DNA of 64,000 nt. It comes from Chiloscyllium plagiosum (lineage: Eukaryota). How positions within the stretch are numbered: the stretch's first letter is position 1; each line of letters begins with the position of its first letter. Below the pieces are notes generated by a model. That model had not been told where the DNA came from. It made no database searches and saw only the letters and a list, made by a program, of their open reading frames with translations. The position numbers and the translations under genes were made by a program. Shown here piece after piece: positions 62,904 through 64,000 of the stretch. The stretch is taken from the NCBI RefSeq assembly GCF_004010195.1, contig NC_057719.1, positions 29,632,419 through 29,696,418 on the forward strand, in the 5' to 3' direction.

Positions 62904-64000
62904 AACAATGGGAATGGCAGTAACAAACTCCAAAAGAACATTATCAGAAAGGGAAAATGTGAAGGACACATGGCAGATGAAGGGAATATGTCAGCACAGG
63001 TTGCACATTAAAGCAGAAAAAGAAAGCATTAGTTAATAGATCTGTTTCTGACTAGAGGAAGGTAAATGGTGGAGGCTTCTCAATGTCCACTGATTGGAAC
63101 ACTGTGCTTCTTAATACATATAAATGAATTTGATTCCAATCAACTAACAGAAAAGTAAATCTCAAGATAAATGAAAACACTACCTTGAATATATCCAGAG
63201 GCATTCAGCAGTGAAACAGCTCGGAAAATAAGAGGCCAAAAATATATTTCATCATTTTAAGCGGTGGTGGGACAGAAAGAGATGCAGTAAACATCCCTCC
63301 CACAATTACTAGATATTCCCTTCTTTGTAAATATAACAAAATATACAGACAATACCAAAAAAAAGAACAAAGGTAAATGCCAAAGTATTTATGAGAACAC
63401 AGACATATCAGTAGATTAGTCAAATAGAGGCCAAATTAATATAGAGAAAAAAGTCAAGGGGACGATATACACACTGAAAAGTTAACTTTCTTTGTGCCAA
63501 CGGAGCAGAAATTAAAAGGGAAAGACAAAAATATATCCAAAATTGAAAGGACAAAATCAGGAGACCTTGTACATGAAGATCTGAAATAAAATTTATGGGA
63601 TAAAGTATAAAGCACAAGACAAGGAGATAATGCTAAACAGATAAATCATTGTTTAGATCATAATTAGAAAATAACATTTAGTTTAGATATCTTTCTTCAG
63701 AAAACAAAAGCCATGGAGCGAGTGCAGAAAAGATAAAAGCTGGGCTTTTATTTATATGCAGAGATGGAAATTTGATCTCTTTTCATTAGAACAAAGCTGG
63801 TTAGGATAAGATCTGAAATTTGTTCCAAGTTATGAAGGAATTAGAGAAATACTTCAAAAAATACTTCTATTACATAATCCTGGTCCTGTTAGAATTCTTG
63901 ACCTGCCTAGATCTGGAGTTGAGAGAGTCATAAAATTAAGAAATTTTCACCTCACCACATTTCTATACTTCAACAGAAATAAAAATCAGAGAGATATAAA

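Noticed and set aside
50600..64000. Next upstream LRRC9 exon (expected ...LPEY..FEYIT)
   Set aside because: Not found by eye; donor-like sites near 61295 and 63183 give no matching peptide. It is probably outside the window.

Overview
Eukaryotic genomic DNA, most likely a cartilaginous fish (shark), inferred from HE1/V-SINE-type SINEs, abundant CR1 LINEs and Penelope-like elements. There is a 190-N gap at 47182-47371. The window lies inside one large minus-strand gene that I recognise as LRRC9. I could splice eight consecutive internal coding exons (50377-50592 down to 5967-6089; 1317 nt, 439 codons), all with GT-AG boundaries and matching phases; start and stop lie outside the window. The introns are a nested mosaic of CR1/L2/RTE/Rex1-Babar LINE fragments, SINEs, solo LTRs and a decayed Gypsy element. 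Most interesting: (1) a stacked array of short Tx1-clade retroposon derivatives apparently inserting at a TAAACA^GGAGTGT site in a Gypsy LTR (53.3-57.1 kb); (2) minimal hammerhead ribozymes from at least three Penelope-like families, including a TSD-flanked composite with two tandem hammerheads in LRRC9 sense orientation, a 37-bp minisatellite and an inverted third hammerhead (38.3-39.9 kb); (3) a possible decayed FASTKD5-like gene antisense in an intron, split by a 4.4-kb LINE insertion. Family assignments come from remembered motifs, not database searches, and repeat boundaries are approximate unless a TSD is given.
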